A stretch of 32,000 nt of DNA from Thermofilum pendens Hrk 5 (GTDB lineage: Archaea > Thermoproteota > Thermoprotei > Thermofilales > Thermofilaceae). This document shows, piece by piece, positions 21,585 through 30,049 of this stretch. Both the position numbers and the translations under genes were made by a program. The stretch covers positions 600,001 to 632,000 of the forward strand of contig NC_008698.1 of NCBI RefSeq assembly GCF_000015225.1. Direction: 5' to 3'. The notes below the pieces were generated by a model. The model saw only the letters and a list, made by a program, of their open reading frames with translations. It was not told the DNA's origin and did no database searches. How positions within the stretch are numbered: the first letter of the stretch is position 1; each line of letters begins with the position of its first letter.

Positions 21585-24500
21585 TTGAAGTCGAGGGTAG
21601 GAGCTTTTCTACTGGTACTCGCCGTTACCGCGCAGAGCGTGACTGTAGCGGCACCGGGCCCCGCCGCGATCCAGCTAGCTATAGGCTTCGTTAGGGCGCC
21701 GAGCGATTCCTGGCCTCTTTGGAGCAGGACTATCTTCACGCCTTACCTCTTGTTCGTACCCAGCAGCGCGTATGTGGATAACGTCGTCGTGGGAATGGGC
21801 AGTAACTACGACTACTTCCTGGCGGGAAACGATAGCGTATCCTTTAACGTGCAGTACGACGGAGCGGTCAAGCTGAGGGGGTCGCTGAGCTTTGTTGCGA
21901 ACATTACCGTTAGCTACGGCGGTAGGAACGTGACCGTAACTCTACCCTCCTCCGGTAGCGCGAAGCTAAATCTTCCGCCTGGGGAGCTGGTCACGATTCT
22001 TGCACCCTCCGTGGTCAACGCAAGGTACAGCTTCCAGTACACCGACGTGGGGATAAGCGTGAAGATAAGCGGGGCTCGAAAGGTCTTCGTGACGACATTG
22101 AGGCCTTTCATCGGAGTCTACAACTTCTCGATGCGCTACGTAGCCGGCGTTTACTGCTCTTCCTACCCCGTGGAGATCCTCGCGTGTAGAACCACGGACT
22201 ATGCAAGCTGCAAAGCCCTATACCGAGGAGAGATCAAGCCTCAGGGCTGGTGGTACGGCTACATCCTTCAACCAGTACAGTTGCTCAACTTCTCGCTGAA
22301 CAACGAGTACCTCGGTCTAAGCATCACGTTCTGTAGCCCCGAGAAGAACTACGTCCCTATACCCGCTTGGATCTCCAGCTACGTGAACCTTCCACTATTC
22401 TTCTCGCACTGGCTCCTGCCGAACGGGACCCGGGTGTACTCAACGAGGCTAGTACTTCGAGCAAATGGCGCGGTGAGCCTCCGAGCCGTCTACCGCCCTC
22501 TACCGGCCATTCTAGCCGTCAAAGCAGACAGGGATGTGGCGCCGGCCCTCAAGGGCTCTCTCTCCCTCCAGTTGCCGGGAGCAACTGCGGCTCCGGCGGA
22601 GGCCCTGCTGGGGTCAGCGTTGATTACGGATCCGAGGCTTGAAGGATGGGGTGTGGAGTGGGGGTACCCCGACGCTTACCCCAGGCAACCGCCCTGGCAC
22701 TATGCGGACGAGTACACGGCCGTGAGGCGGGGTGTCGTCTACGCTTTCTCCACGATCTCCTACAGGCTCTACGCTGAGGAGAGCCTCAGGAGGTACTACA
22801 GGTGGAGCGCATTAGATTATCGCTTCTCGATAGACCCGAACTACTATCGAGGTGGTGTTTTGTACGACTCCAGGTACCCGTTCGTTCTGCTCGGAGAAGC
22901 TATAGGGAGCCCGCCCGCCTCCAACGGGAAGATCAACGTGTCAGTGACCGGTATACGTGTTGACGCGGGCTTCTTGGGGTACTTCGTTTCCGGTACACTG
23001 GAGGTTTACAGGGTTCCCTTGAAGGAGAGCCTTAGAAGCCTCGGCGTACCGCTGTTCAACGGGAGTCTCTCTGCCGCGCTGGGCACGCTCAATGCACTTC
23101 TCAGGAACGGCACGCTGGGTGAGGAGGATCTCGTCGCCGTATACCGTGCCGACCGCGCGGACACTCCGATCGTGGTCGCAAACGCTAGGCTGGCGGCAGA
23201 GAAACTCGTAGAGCTAACGTCCGTGTACGAAATATGGCCTGGGACACGCGTATCCGTGTACAGAGTAAACCTGTCACGCGCAGAGCTCGTCTACAAGGAA
23301 AGCCTCAGGAACCTAGGCATACATCGGGACGGCGACGTCGGTCGTCCCGCTGTCATAAGCAACGTGGGGGAAGGCAGGCTCTGGGTCATCCTGAGAGTCC
23401 GCCTCTACGGCTATCCCGAGATGGCATTTTTCTCGGCCTCGTTCAGCGTCTCAGTTAGCAACTTCACGGACTACAAATTCAGGGGGTGGAAAGTGTACCG
23501 GGCGACGTTCGAGCCGCGCCCCGACTGGATCGACTCCTGGGGGTTCAGACCGACAACTCTACTCTTTGAGACTGCTAACCCTCTCGAGGGCTTAGTGAGC
23601 CCCGGGGAGGTCGTGTTGGCTGTAGCCGAATACGGAGCTCTTACAAGGGCTACGTCGAACATTCTCAAAGTTCCCGTTGGCGTAGACCTGGCACCCTTTG
23701 ACTCTGCTGGCTTCACTGGGCTCGCAAAGGGGCTTTACTCCTTTTACACAAATGCAACAGTCTACGGGCTATCGAGTGAAGGTGTCCTCGTCAAGCTTGA
23801 AGACGCGCGAGGAACTCTGAGAGTCAACGAGGACTACGCTAAGGCAAGGAAGGTGAAGCCGCGCGATACGGAAAGCGTGAGCAGGTTGCCTTTGCTCGTG
23901 TTACCCAACGGAACCGCCGTCAGGGTTTTCTCAATAGAGGCTTCGAGAAAACCATCCATCAACGTCTTGGAGCTAAACTCCACTGTTTACCTTTTCGAAG
24001 TCGTAGAGCCCAGCTTGAGCATCTCGCGTATTGAGTACAACGAGACCCACGTGAAGATAGCCTTCCAGGTGGAACCCCCGTGGAGCGGCATGAGGGTCTC
24101 CGCTTTCTTAGGAGGCAGGCTTGTCGCAGAAGTGCCGGCGAGCCTTGGCTCAATATCCCTGCCCTACGAAGCGTTCCAGGAGGAGCTGAGCGCGGAGAAC
24201 CTGACGCTACTACTCACGTGGGGCGGCTCGCTCTCCGCTGGACACAAAGCCGTAAGCCTGGCAGTCCTGAGAGCTATACCGCACGTGAGGTTTACCGTAA
24301 TCAACGGCTCCTGGAAGGCTTTCTGGGTCTCGACGTACACAGTCGACAAAGGAGGCGTTGTGAAGAAGCTCGAGGAAGCTCTCTTAGAGAGAGGGCTAAG
24401 ACCCGTTGGAGGAAGGCTCTACCTAGAGGTAGCCGGGTGCGGCTCGAAATTCCCGGCCTTGTGGAGAGCCTTCCTCGAGCCTGGCCACAGCGTAGCGGTG

Positions 24501-24596
24501 CCTGCATACGACACAACCAGGTACTGCCTCTACGTGTACTTCATCCCGGAGGGTAACACGGGGGTGGTGGTCGCGCCATGGGAAGAAAGGCTCTAG
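21585..24596 (+). CDS. Large secreted glycoprotein (1003 aa), no recognisable domain
   Basis: Sec-type signal MKSRVGAFLLVLAVTAQS. 17 N-x-S/T sequons by eye, Y/V/S-rich, no C-terminal TM. TTG start is preceded by the strong SD GGGGAGGGGTGA. Confidence 0.8.
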   Translation: MKSRVGAFLLVLAVTAQSVTVAAPGPAAIQLAIGFVRAPSDSWPLWSRTIFTPYLLFVPSSAYVDNVVVGMGSNYDYFLAGNDSVSFNVQYDGAVKLRGSLSFVANITVSYGGRNVTVTLPSSGSAKLNLPPGELVTILAPSVVNARYSFQYTDVGISVKISGARKVFVTTLRPFIGVYNFSMRYVAGVYCSSYPVEILACRTTDYASCKALYRGEIKPQGWWYGYILQPVQLLNFSLNNEYLGLSITFCSPEKNYVPIPAWISSYVNLPLFFSHWLLPNGTRVYSTRLVLRANGAVSLRAVYRPLPAILAVKADRDVAPALKGSLSLQLPGATAAPAEALLGSALITDPRLEGWGVEWGYPDAYPRQPPWHYADEYTAVRRGVVYAFSTISYRLYAEESLRRYYRWSALDYRFSIDPNYYRGGVLYDSRYPFVLLGEAIGSPPASNGKINVSVTGIRVDAGFLGYFVSGTLEVYRVPLKESLRSLGVPLFNGSLSAALGTLNALLRNGTLGEEDLVAVYRADRADTPIVVANARLAAEKLVELTSVYEIWPGTRVSVYRVNLSRAELVYKESLRNLGIHRDGDVGRPAVISNVGEGRLWVILRVRLYGYPEMAFFSASFSVSVSNFTDYKFRGWKVYRATFEPRPDWIDSWGFRPTTLLFETANPLEGLVSPGEVVLAVAEYGALTRATSNILKVPVGVDLAPFDSAGFTGLAKGLYSFYTNATVYGLSSEGVLVKLEDARGTLRVNEDYAKARKVKPRDTESVSRLPLLVLPNGTAVRVFSIEASRKPSINVLELNSTVYLFEVVEPSLSISRIEYNETHVKIAFQVEPPWSGMRVSAFLGGRLVAEVPASLGSISLPYEAFQEELSAENLTLLLTWGGSLSAGHKAVSLAVLRAIPHVRFTVINGSWKAFWVSTYTVDKGGVVKKLEEALLERGLRPVGGRLYLEVAGCGSKFPALWRAFLEPGHSVAVPAYDTTRYCLYVYFIPEGNTGVVVAPWEERL

Positions 24597-25138
24597 GATC
24601 CGTTACCGCGACGCTACTATTGCTACTGCTCTCAACAATAACAGTCCTCCTCGCATACCCAGCGCTCCTGGGCTCCCGCGGAGTAGCGAGGGAAAGGCTA
24701 GACACGCGAACCCTGCTTCGCCTGTTGCATGACTTGGAAAACGGGGGCATCGTAGAGCTACCAGTCGAGGCAAAGCTTCTCGGAAACGCGTCGTTCATAG
24801 CAATTAACGGGAAGGTTGCATACGCGTTCAACTCTGCAGTGATCGTTTTCCCTCAGTGCGAAAGTGCACCTTTGAGCGGTCAACTCTTCAAGGTAGTGCG
24901 GGAGGGCTCCTCCTGTACTGTAGTGTTCAGGCCCTACCTGAACCTGTCTGCCGGCGAAGTAGTAGCGGTGGCGGCTTACGGCTCAGGGCTTTACAGCAGG
25001 CTAAACTCCACCAGTGTTCTCCGCTTTTTCCGGGGCTTCGTAGACGAGCTCGTCATCGGGCAGGAGAGCTACGCTGTCGCCGCGCCTTTGAAGCTTAAGG
25101 TTAAAGTGATAGAGGTGAGGGGTGTTGAGGGCGGTTGA
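24578..25138 (+). CDS. Pilin-like protein (186 aa)
   Basis: MGRKALGSVTATLLLLLLSTITVLLAY has a short basic leader, K-A followed by a long hydrophobic helix. Three sequons. The ATG overlaps the upstream gene by 19 nt and is preceded by GGGGGTGGTGG. Confidence 0.7.
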   Translation: MGRKALGSVTATLLLLLLSTITVLLAYPALLGSRGVARERLDTRTLLRLLHDLENGGIVELPVEAKLLGNASFIAINGKVAYAFNSAVIVFPQCESAPLSGQLFKVVREGSSCTVVFRPYLNLSAGEVVAVAAYGSGLYSRLNSTSVLRFFRGFVDELVIGQESYAVAAPLKLKVKVIEVRGVEGG

Positions 25139-25385
25139 GGAGTCTATCTTCACGTTCTTCGAGCTCCTTCTCCTCGTAGGCATCTTGACGTACGCCTCCG
25201 CTACTGCTCCCGGAGAGAACTCCCTCGCGCTGGTATACGGGATAAGCCAGGCGCTACCGGAAGGCTCCTGCGCCGTTATAATGTCCGCGAGCCCCCTAAG
25301 TCTTGGGAACGCGACGCTCGGAAAAAGTGTCGCTGTCTGCAAGGTGGGGAACGAGACGGTGGTGAAGCCGTGGCCAGAGGGGTAG
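25122..25385 (+). CDS. Pilin-like protein (87 aa)
   Basis: MLRAVEESIFTFFELLLLVGILTYA has a 4-residue leader ending R-A, then a hydrophobic helix. The FTFFE segment resembles the bacterial FTLIE prepilin core. GTG start is preceded by AGAGGTGAG, with a 17-nt overlap. Confidence 0.6.
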   Translation: MLRAVEESIFTFFELLLLVGILTYASATAPGENSLALVYGISQALPEGSCAVIMSASPLSLGNATLGKSVAVCKVGNETVVKPWPEG

Positions 25386-25651
25386 TGGCGGCGCTCATAG
25401 CGACCATAGTCCTCTTCACCGCGGTGTCTGTGTACACACGGTACTACGGCTCCCCTATCTACGCCGTAAAGGTACAGAGAAACCTCGCCGTGATAGCAGC
25501 ATACGTGATGCTACACTCGAATTGCACCGACGTTGGATACTACCTTTCAAAGGTGAACTCTACTCAACCCCTGCCGGGCCAGACTACGTCCTGGGTTGTT
25601 ACCTGGTGCAACGGGACGCCTGTTGTGAGGGGGTTCTCGTGGTCTCCTTGA
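25370..25651 (+). CDS. Pilin-like protein (93 aa), best class III signal match
   Basis: MARG|VVAALIATIVLFTAVSVY has R-G followed by V-V and a hydrophobic stretch resembling the archaeal pilin core G-x-SPVIATxLLI. GTG start is preceded by GGTGGTGA, with a 16-nt overlap. Confidence 0.65.
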   Translation: MARGVVAALIATIVLFTAVSVYTRYYGSPIYAVKVQRNLAVIAAYVMLHSNCTDVGYYLSKVNSTQPLPGQTTSWVVTWCNGTPVVRGFSWSP

Positions 25652-26214
25652 AGAGGCGCCGCGCAGCTATAGGTCTTCTCGCAGTAGCCCTACTAAGCTT
25701 AGCTGTTCTGCAAAATTCGAGGTCGAGTAGCGAGGTGAGGGTGTTGTACTACGGTGAGAACGTCTACATGGCTTACCTCGCGGCCGCCAGAGAAGCTTGC
25801 GCATCGAACATGAGCGTCGAGGAGCTTGTAGACGGGTTGAGCGACTACTTCGGCCCGTTAAGGCTAGCAGATACGCGCGTTGCACGCTTCGAGCGCTCAG
25901 ACAAACTTTCCGGAGTAAAGTACTGCAATGTCACCGTTACAACTAAACTCGGCGCGCGCGCTAGCTTCGAGCTGAACTACACGTACACATTTCTGGGCTT
26001 CTTCGCGGAGACCGGAACAGGGAGAATAGTCAAGGTGTACCGAATAAACGCTTACCAGCGTTTTAAGATCCCCGAGTACCGTTACGCCATACTACTCCAG
26101 GTGGACTTAGTGCCTACTTGCGAGAGCATCACCTACAATGGGACGCTGGAAGTGCGGATAGACACTCCCTGCGTCTTGAGGGACAAGTGGGGCTTTACGC
26201 TTACGGTGCCCTAG
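25639..26214 (+). CDS. Pilin-like protein (about 190 aa)
   Basis: I place the start at GTG 25639 (SD GAGGGGGT upstream) or TTG 25648 (TTGA overlap with the upstream stop). The track start at 25522 would lie inside the upstream gene. N-terminus is VSLKRRRA|AIGLLAVALLSLAVL. Confidence 0.65.
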   Translation: MVSLKRRRAAIGLLAVALLSLAVLQNSRSSSEVRVLYYGENVYMAYLAAAREACASNMSVEELVDGLSDYFGPLRLADTRVARFERSDKLSGVKYCNVTVTTKLGARASFELNYTYTFLGFFAETGTGRIVKVYRINAYQRFKIPEYRYAILLQVDLVPTCESITYNGTLEVRIDTPCVLRDKWGFTLTVP

Positions 26215-26571
26215 ATGGAGCTGGAGGAAGCGGTTCTCTCGGTGCTTCTGCTTTCCGCCTCATTCCTTATCTACACCTACTGGCTCCAGCTAGCCAATAC
26301 TTGGAGCGGCGACGCGGCGTCTTTAATCAGGGATGTCTGCGCAGTGTCGCTGTCCCCGCCGGGCACGAGCATGGAGGGGGTCTACGACGTCGATGTGTGC
26401 GTTTCAGGCAATGTTATCGCAACCCGTTACCCCGTGTACTCGTACTGCTTTCCGAGGATTAACGAAACCGCGATAAAAGCCCCAGTGAAGTCTGACGAGC
26501 GTTGCTTCTCTGGAAGGATAAGACTGAAGATCACTAAGGCTGGTAACGTGGTTACTCTGGAGAGGGGCTAG
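26215..26571 (+). CDS. Pilin-like or N-terminally anchored protein (118 aa), last gene of the operon
   Basis: MELEEAVLSVLLLSASFLIYTYWL (E-A-V-L then a hydrophobic stretch), with 4 Cys and one sequon. The ATG directly abuts the upstream TAG. Confidence 0.6.
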   Translation: MELEEAVLSVLLLSASFLIYTYWLQLANTWSGDAASLIRDVCAVSLSPPGTSMEGVYDVDVCVSGNVIATRYPVYSYCFPRINETAIKAPVKSDERCFSGRIRLKITKAGNVVTLERG

Positions 26572-27701
26572 GCGACTATCTCGACTATGTCGCCGTCTTC
26601 TAGTACGAAGTCTTTTCCAACTCTCTGCGGGCTGAAGGGAAAGCTTTCCCGCCATACCTTGGCGTACCTGAAGTTTTCATAGAGGTAAGAGTGAATGATC
26701 TTCGCCACGTCTGCCACCTTCGCGCCGCGCTTCACCACGACGGGTCTTTTCTCGACGTTCCCCGTCTTCGGATTTCTCGTGTAGACGCGTATGAGGTCGA
26801 GCTCCCGAAAGATGTACGTAGCTATCTCGTCGAACCTGAGCTCTCTGCACCTCTGCGCCGAGAACTCGTAGACTGGTACGCCGTAGTTGCTCAACCTTTC
26901 CTTCAACGCTTTCACGTGGTCATTGGGTGCCAAGTCTACCTTCGTTAGAACGGCGACTGTGGGCCTGTAGACATAGGAGCCGAAGATAGCGTCTTCCACG
27001 TCGTCGAGCGTAGCCCTACCCTGAATCCGGACGACTGCGTGGTAAACGTTGTACTCTCTTAAAAGCGCCACAACATCCTGGACAGTGGCGCCCTCCAGGT
27101 CTCCCACGACAGTAACCCCTCCGGATGCTCTTCGCTCGATCTCTACTATCGCTTTCGGCCTCTTCACGGATATCCTGTTTTCTTCGAGTAACCGTAGCAT
27201 CCCGGCTAACTGCTCCTCAGCATTCGCGGTTGAATCTAGAGTTACTATAAGGGCGTCTGCGTTCCTAGCCAAAGCCATCAGCCTGCCAGGGTCGGTGAAG
27301 CCCAGAAACCCGGGCGTATCGACGAGCTGGAAATACACTCCGAGCCAGGAGACCATCCCGGGGACTGGGCGATCCTGTGACGGCTTGCTAACACCAGTCA
27401 GGCATCTAAATAGGGAGGTTTTCCCTGAGCCGAGGCTACCGATTAGCACCACCTGCACGTCCCCCTCTTTTTCAACGAAGAACTGTTCGCCGCCACCAGC
27501 CCTGCGCTTCCTCCTCTCCTCTATCTCCCTGCGAAGGGCTGCTATCTGTCTCGTCACCTGCATTCGAAGTCTCTCCGTCCCCTTGTGCTTCGGAACTGCT
27601 GACAGGAATTCCTGGAGGGCTGCAAGCTTTTCCTCTGGTGTCCTCGCCTCCATAACTCTTTTCCACTTGCTTTTAGCCTCGGCCGGGAGATTCGCAGGCA
27701 T
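26568..27701 (-). CDS. DRG/Rbg-type OBG-family GTPase with C-terminal TGS domain
   Basis: G1 GSLGSGKTS, G3 DTPG, G4 TKVD and a TGS-like C-terminus ending GDIVEIVA. TATA-like AAAAATAATTTT lies about 30 nt upstream on the minus strand. Confidence 0.9.
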   Translation of the reverse strand: MPANLPAEAKSKWKRVMEARTPEEKLAALQEFLSAVPKHKGTERLRMQVTRQIAALRREIEERRKRRAGGGEQFFVEKEGDVQVVLIGSLGSGKTSLFRCLTGVSKPSQDRPVPGMVSWLGVYFQLVDTPGFLGFTDPGRLMALARNADALIVTLDSTANAEEQLAGMLRLLEENRISVKRPKAIVEIERRASGGVTVVGDLEGATVQDVVALLREYNVYHAVVRIQGRATLDDVEDAIFGSYVYRPTVAVLTKVDLAPNDHVKALKERLSNYGVPVYEFSAQRCRELRFDEIATYIFRELDLIRVYTRNPKTGNVEKRPVVVKRGAKVADVAKIIHSYLYENFRYAKVWRESFPFSPQRVGKDFVLEDGDIVEIVA

Positions 27702-27879
27702 GCTGTTTCATAACCAGGGTGCTGTCAAAATTATTTTTCGCGTCATTCGACAGAAACCACCAAGCTCGGTAAAAAAATGGGGCGTCTGGGGGTAGTGCTC
27801 GGCCTCTTCTGGCAACACGCGTGCAACGTACGCGACAAAACGCATATTTAGATCCTGCTTAAGGTAAAACGCGAGAACA

Positions 27880-30036
27880 ATGTCGAGTGAGGTTGTTTTG
27901 AGGGTTGCGGAGGCTCGTTCAAGGGACGTTGGAAGAGGCATAGTTAGGATAGACAGGAATGCAATGGCAAAACTGGGAGTAGAGCCGGGGGACATAGTCG
28001 AAATCGAAGGGAAAAAGGTGACAGTAGCCATCGTGTGGCCTCAAGCGCTGGAGGACGAGGGAGCCGGGATAATAAGGATGGACGGCCTAATAAGAAAGAA
28101 CGCCGGCGTAGGCATAGGGGATACCGTAAAGGTTAGGAAGGCCAAGGTTGCTCCCGCCAAGAGAGTGGTTCTCGCACCCTCGTACCGCATAGGCCTAGAG
28201 GTTACGCCGGACCTTGTAGAGTACGTGAAGAGCAAGCTAATAGGGCGCCCGGTGATTAGGGGAGACGTAGTAGAGATACCGATATTCAGTACTGCGCTCC
28301 AGCTAACAGTCGTCACCACGATGCCAGCGCAGGCCGTGCAGATCACGGAGGACACGGAGATCACCATTCGGGCGGAACCTGTCAGTGGAGAGATAGGCAT
28401 ACCTCGCATAACCTACGAGGACATAGGGGACTTGGAGGAGGCTAAGCAGAAGATTAGGGAGATGGTTGAGTTGCCGTTAAGGCACCCAGAGCTCTTCAAG
28501 CACCTGGGCATAGAGCCCCCGAAGGGTGTTCTCTTCTACGGTCCTCCGGGTACCGGTAAGACCCTCCTAGCGAAGGCTGTGGCGAACGAGACTGGCGCGT
28601 ATTTCATAGCTATTAATGGCCCGGAGATTATGAGTAAGTTCTACGGTGAGAGCGAGCAGAGACTCAGAGAGATATTCGAGGAAGCGACGAAGAACGCTCC
28701 TGCGATTATCTTTATCGACGAGATAGACGCCATAGCCCCCAAGAGAGAAGAAGTCACAGGAGAAGTAGAAAAAAGAGTAGTAGCACAGCTACTAGCACTA
28801 ATGGACGGGCTCAAGGAGAGAGGGCAAGTGATAGTCATAGCCGCCACGAACAGGCCCGACGACATAGACCCTGCGCTTAGAAGGCCCGGCCGCTTCGACA
28901 GGGAGATAGCGTTCCCCGTCCCCGACAAGAGGGCCAGGCGGGAGATACTACAGGTGCATACGAGAAACATGCCACTAGCAGAGGACGTCAATCTAGACGA
29001 GCTCGCGGAGATTACGCACGGCTTCACCGGTGCTGACCTCGCAGCGCTTTGCCGCGAAGCCGCTATGCACGCGCTGAGAAGATTCCTTCCGAAGATCGAC
29101 ATCGAGAGTGAAAAGATCCCAACGGAGATACTAAAGGAGCTGAAAGTCACGCGGGAAGACTTCATGCAGGCCCTGAAAGATGTGCAACCGAGCGCCTTAC
29201 GAGAGGTCTACATAGAGGTTCCAGAGGTCCACTGGGACGACATCGGAGGGCTGGAAGACGTCAAGCAACAACTAAGAGAGGCTGTCGAGTTGCCGTTAAG
29301 GCACCCAGAGTACTTCCGCGAAATGGGCATCGATCCTCCGAAGGGTATACTGCTCTACGGTCCTCCGGGTACCGGTAAGACCCTCCTAGCAAAAGCCGTA
29401 GCAACAGAGAGCGAGGCGAATTTCATAGGCGTTAAGGGACCGGAGATCCTGAGCAAGTGGGTTGGCGAAAGCGAAAAAGCTGTACGCGAGATATTCAGAA
29501 AGGCGAGGCAGGCGGCCCCATGCGTGATATTCTTCGACGAAATAGACTCTATCGTGCCAAGGAGGGGACAGAGGTTTGACTCGGGCGTTACGGACAGAAT
29601 TGTCAATCAGCTTTTGACTGAGATGGATGGTTTGGAGAGGCTTGAGGGTGTTGTTGTTATTGCTGCTACTAATAGGCCTGACATTATTGATCCTGCTTTG
29701 CTGAGGCCTGGCAGGTTTGATAGGTTGATCTACGTGCCTCCACCAGACGAGAAGGCTAGACTCGAGATACTCAAGGTTCACACTAGGAGAATGCCTCTAG
29801 CCGAAGACGTAGACCTAGCAGAAATAGCGAGAAAAACAGAAGGATACACAGGCGCAGACCTCGCGGCAGTATGCAAGGAGGCAGCCCTCGCGGCACTCCG
29901 AGAAGCTGGAAAACCGACTAAGGTGACGAAGCGGCACTTCGAACAAGCTCTACAAATAGTAAAGCCGAGTGTCACTAAAGAGGACATAGAAAGGTACAAG
30001 AGGATATCCGAGGAGTTTAGGAGGATGCTTAGCTGA
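27880..30036 (+). CDS. cdc48: CDC48/VCP-like AAA+ ATPase (two AAA domains plus CDC48 N domain)
   Basis: N domain [38 protein letters not shown]. Walker A GPPGTGKT occurs twice. Walker B IIFIDEID and [12 protein letters not shown]-like CGCATATTTAGA lies about 30 nt upstream. Confidence 0.95.
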   Translation: MSSEVVLRVAEARSRDVGRGIVRIDRNAMAKLGVEPGDIVEIEGKKVTVAIVWPQALEDEGAGIIRMDGLIRKNAGVGIGDTVKVRKAKVAPAKRVVLAPSYRIGLEVTPDLVEYVKSKLIGRPVIRGDVVEIPIFSTALQLTVVTTMPAQAVQITEDTEITIRAEPVSGEIGIPRITYEDIGDLEEAKQKIREMVELPLRHPELFKHLGIEPPKGVLFYGPPGTGKTLLAKAVANETGAYFIAINGPEIMSKFYGESEQRLREIFEEATKNAPAIIFIDEIDAIAPKREEVTGEVEKRVVAQLLALMDGLKERGQVIVIAATNRPDDIDPALRRPGRFDREIAFPVPDKRARREILQVHTRNMPLAEDVNLDELAEITHGFTGADLAALCREAAMHALRRFLPKIDIESEKIPTEILKELKVTREDFMQALKDVQPSALREVYIEVPEVHWDDIGGLEDVKQQLREAVELPLRHPEYFREMGIDPPKGILLYGPPGTGKTLLAKAVATESEANFIGVKGPEILSKWVGESEKAVREIFRKARQAAPCVIFFDEIDSIVPRRGQRFDSGVTDRIVNQLLTEMDGLERLEGVVVIAATNRPDIIDPALLRPGRFDRLIYVPPPDEKARLEILKVHTRRMPLAEDVDLAEIARKTEGYTGADLAAVCKEAALAALREAGKPTKVTKRHFEQALQIVKPSVTKEDIERYKRISEEFRRMLS
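28468..28491 (+). repeat. 24-nt exact intragenic repeat (second copy 29287-29310) between the cdc48 D1 and D2 domains
   Basis: GAGTTGCCGTTAAGGCACCCAGAG is read identically at both positions, encoding ELPLRHPE in both domains. Confidence 0.9.
28535..28571 (+). repeat. 37-nt exact intragenic repeat (second copy 29354-29390) over the two Walker A regions of cdc48
   Basis: TCTACGGTCCTCCGGGTACCGGTAAGACCCTCCTAGC is read identically at both positions, including all synonymous sites. Confidence 0.9.
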
Positions 30037-30049
30037 GAGACTTCTCCAA

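Noticed and set aside
24080-24556. 158-aa alternative-frame ORF inside the 1003-aa gene, with others at 22367..22642 and 23234..23458
   Set aside because: These are Arg/Gly/Pro-rich off-frame ORFs within a long, uninterrupted, signal-peptide-bearing ORF, so I treat them as shadow ORFs.
25522-25638. Upstream 39 codons of the 230-aa track ORF 25522..26214
   Set aside because: They lie entirely inside the 93-aa pilin-like gene in another frame and lack an SD. GTG 25639 (with SD) or TTG 25648 gives a protein starting with the expected basic-plus-hydrophobic N-terminus.
19504-26571. Interpretation of the locus as Pyrodictium-type cannula (CanA/B/C-like) genes
   Set aside because: The approximately 20-kDa sizes of two products are suggestive. 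However, the 186-aa and about-190-aa proteins show no mutual similarity, whereas CanA/B/C are homologous, and I cannot recall Can sequences well enough to compare. I kept this only as an alternative hypothesis.
27049-27795. 248-aa plus-strand ORF, with similar long antisense ORFs at 1439..2092, 2538..3146, 28641..29165 and 10145..10582
   Set aside because: All lie antisense to or out of frame with strongly motif-supported genes (DRG, NTase, helicase, CDC48, HisRS). They have S/R/P/T-rich low-complexity composition typical of shadow ORFs in GC-rich coding DNA.
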